Assembly (NCBI GenBank): GCA_012026655.1
Contig: JAAILG010000369.1
Location: 1-64,000, forward strand
Direction of reading: 5' to 3'
Length of the DNA stretch: 64,000 bases
Origin: Hydrolagus affinis
Lineage: Eukaryota
This document shows positions 60,591 through 64,000 of the stretch, in pieces. Position numbers and translations under genes: made by a program. Under the pieces are notes generated by a model. It ran no database searches. It was not told where the DNA came from and saw nothing but the letters and a program-made list of their open reading frames with translations. Each line of letters starts with the position of its first letter. The stretch's first letter is position 1.

Positions 60591-63500
60591 CTGAAAGAAG
60601 CAAAGGAGAAGAGTTTATGAAGAAAAGACTCGAAAATCTGTGTGTGTGTACCATTTAACAACTAAACTTGGGATGTCCTCCCTCCCAAGGCACTAAACAA
60701 ATGTAATTTTGTTAATTCCCAGCAATTCCCATCTTTTATTTGCTGAAATCAAAAATGCTGTTAAGTGAGATGGGTTAGAAGGAATAAAGTTTGCCACCAG
60801 TTCAGGCAACAGCTAAACTAAATGCCAGATAGCAGCAAATGAAAGTCAGAGTAAGGAAATCAAGCTACACAATTTTTGGGGGGTATTTCAACAGGGTCAA
60901 AAAAAATTATATTGTTCGAAAAATGGAATTGTAGTCCACAAAATAACACGCAACACAGCAAAGTACAAAGATGACCAAAGCTGTGGCTGTAGGGAAGTAA
61001 ATCCAATCATTTATCCATCATTTAATGTAAAGAATGTGGAGGATAAATCCTCCACTGATTCAGAGATTCTGTTGCTCTTTTCTGTAATCATTTGCAGCTC
61101 ATCTCGTCTCTTCTGCAATTGTACAGTGACACTGGCATTCAATAGCAATAGCAATCCCCTACAGTGACAATGACGTTTTATGGCACCCTTCTGCATTTGG
61201 CACGCTCCCTGCTGTTCCCCCCGACCAACCCCCACCCCGCAATATTTATTTTTTTGACGAGTTTAAACCCTCTCCTGCCCCCACTCTTGGGAGAGGAGAA
61301 GTTTACCCTCCCTGCCCTCGGCTTTTGTTTGTTTAGTTCGCCTCTCCATCTCTCTCTCTCTCTCTCTCGACTGTTTCAGTCAGGGCACATGACAATCAGT
61401 TTTGCGGTATAGTGCAGTTACTCTCTCATGTCTTTTCCCTATCCCTCTACCCTGCCCCCCTCCACCACCATGATCTCACTGCCCCTCTCCTGTGTGGTTT
61501 GCCTGCTCTATCACTGGGGAGTTTTTTTTAAAAAAAATGCAACACTGGAAAACAAACTTAACCCAGTAGGTATTAAGAGTAAGCAAGGTTTCATCTTGGG
61601 AAATTCCTGCTCTGGTATCCAGGCCACCCAACACTCACCCCAGGGATATTTCAAAGTGAGTTTGTGTTGAGGCCAATGGGCTGGGGGTTGGGGGGGGGGA
61701 GGGAGGGGGGGAAAAAAGGTCAGCAACTGAATTGTCCTCATATATGTCATGTTAGCAAAGCTGCTCTGCTTATACCAACCGGTTCCTCTCAACACCCTAC
61801 ATGAAAATCTGCACACACTGCATTAACACGCCACAGGCACAGTCAAGTTTGCATCCAGGCGCCTTTTCAAAATAATATACACATCGGCAAAGGGGAAAAT
61901 GGGTGTCCTCTACACAAGCTATATACGGCCACCTTATTTTGTGTCCAACTGCCTGGGGTGCCTCTCTCTCTCTCTCTCTCTCTCTCTGCTCAATGAAGCT
62001 CAAGAGGATTTATCGTGGCAAAGGGAGGTCAGAGTTTGGCTACTTTTAGGTCGGAGAGAAGACATTTACCTTCCCTCCCGAAACAGCTCACTAGACATTT
62101 GTCCAGAAAACTTTTTCTTCCCCTCTCCTAACTCCGGATACTGGGTTCTCAAAAAAGGATTTTTTTAAATAAAAACACACAAAGCAAATTCCACAATCAA
62201 AATTAGTGGCAATAAAACTAGATGCCAAAATATTCTTATCCCACAGAAAACAATAAAGGACAGGCTAATTACCCTTCCCACAAAGCAACTTAATCTGCAA
62301 GGGAATGTCAAAGAGGTTGGCAACACTGACCATTCATCATACTGTCAGGTGGCTTAAAAAATGCCTGCTGGCCTTGTGAGTGGTCACCCAGAACCGGTCA
62401 CTGTCCATTAAATGGAGACAAGTGAAGGTCTAATGTCAACACAGAATTGCCCTTCCTGAGAGCGAGACTGCTTACAGCAATGGGCTGTACAATGCACCTT
62501 AACACATGCTGTTTTCTCTTTGTAAATGCAAGCCATCCATCACTCTACAGCTCTATTAAGATATTAAACGAAGATGTTTAAAGCATCTCTTCCCGAGATT
62601 TCAAAGCAGCTTCGTTTTGATGACCTACAGAAGCTCCCGGAAAGTTTGTAAAAAAAACTTGAAACCCACACCAGCAACAGCAACTTTCTGTTCAGTGCAA
62701 AGTTTCCCGTAAAGTTATTTTTTTGTAAGATTCCTCTTTTGTCAATTTCACGAATTTCTTCAATTGGAGTTGAAACTAAATAGAAAGCTAAAACTTATTA
62801 CAAACATGAGAATACAGTAGAAATCAGCCTATGCTTCGAAAACAAGTAAATAATTGAATATGTGAAGTTTTTATGAATATTTATTGGCTCAGTTTATGGG
62901 TTATATATTATATATATAAAACTATAAAATATATGTGTATGTGTGAGAGAGAAAAAGAAAAATATTGTTTCATATAATAAATTAAGGTTTGAAAAAACAT
63001 TTAAATCAAAAAAACAAATTAGCCCAAAATAACCAAACCAACTTTCAGTCGAACCATCTCAATGAGCATTTCAAATGCTCGAGTGCAGCCAGTTTCTCCA
63101 CAAAAAATAAATTACAAGAACAACGAGTTCCTTTACTAGATCTGTATTCAGTAAACCCTGCTAGGCGTGAGTGGATGTCATATGGTGACAGGATGGGGTT
63201 GGCTGAGATATTCCCTATAGTCAAATAAACTCTCCCAACCCTTACAGTCCAAACCCTCGTGAAAAATACTCTTAAGATTAGATATCTTAAGGAACTCCAG
63301 GCTAAACATTCCCTCCTCTACCCTTCCCTTCAGCATCTCCCACAACAGGGCATTGGGGAGATTGGTTAATTCAACATGAATCAGGAATTAAACACAAGAA
63401 CTTTCTGATCTGTACGTTTCAAAACAACACACATGGGATTTGCCTACTGAGATCTATTGTATGCCATGTGTAAATGCATGTGCACAGAGGAAATTGTAAT

Positions 63501-64000
63501 TGCCTTTAATTAGGAATAAAGGATCGGTTATTATATCATTAATAAATCATTTTTCAGGGTTGGTTAATTACACAGTTGAGGCCACCTCTCTGTTCACTTA
63601 ATACAGCACATAATACACACAGGGTATAATTGACCCCATTAACGCATTGGCAAGACTTGGCATTTTCTTAGCACTGGATGTGATTTCGAAAGATTAGCCA
63701 CGCTTTTCTTAATAATACAATGGGGAGAATTAAAAAGAGTTTCATTAAAAAACTAAAACTTTTATCACACAGTAATGGGTGCAAGAATGTGTGTATATGA
63801 ATCCATGTGTATGTTTGTGAGAGACAAATGGTACCAGCAAATGGCACTTTTTAAAAAAAAATGGTAAGCAACTCATCTTCTCGCCATTAAGCTAACGCTG
63901 TAAGGCATCTTGTATCTAATTTCAGCGAGTGATGTATTCTGTTTCCAGGGCCATTAAAGATTGCCTCTACAGACAGGAGTAAATGGGACTGATAAGAGAG

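Noticed and set aside
62070-62090. Possible 21-nt PRTG microexon (ctag|...AAG|gtaaat)
   Set aside because: Poor polypyrimidine tract and it would interrupt an FN3 domain; not supportable without reads

Overview
Vertebrate genomic DNA, not prokaryotic. The repeat content (tRNA-head/L2-tail SINEs, Deu/LF-type SINE pieces, CR1 and Penelope-type ends) suggests a cartilaginous fish, probably a chimaera such as Callorhinchus; this is an inference. The window covers the conserved syntenic block CCPG1(-) / PIERCE2 (C15orf65)(+) / DNAAF4 (DYX1C1)(-) / [PYGO1 expected, not found] / PRTG(-, last 9 exons plus a long 3' UTR). I traced the exons by hand. All have GT-AG boundaries and consistent phases: CCPG1 863 aa from 9 constitutive coding exons, DNAAF4 437 aa from 9 exons, PIERCE2 115 aa. 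Most ORF-track entries are spurious. Most notable observations: (1) the CCPG1/PIERCE2 bidirectional CpG promoter is a ~1.36-kb interrupted inverted duplication with a perfect 19-bp inner palindrome; (2) CCPG1 has a 96-nt cassette exon, two frame-preserving microexon candidates (9 and 12 nt) and a possible stop-containing exon; (3) the PRTG 3' UTR has a dense miR-9/let-7/miR-125 seed array; (4) no pygo1 is visible in its syntenic slot, where non-coding exon-like segments and further fold-back structures lie instead; (5) a degenerate hammerhead-ribozyme core sits in a Penelope-type repeat; (6) RFX X-boxes and a shared 22-bp motif occur at the two motile-cilia gene promoters. Comparisons to human proteins and miRNAs are from memory, not from database searches.
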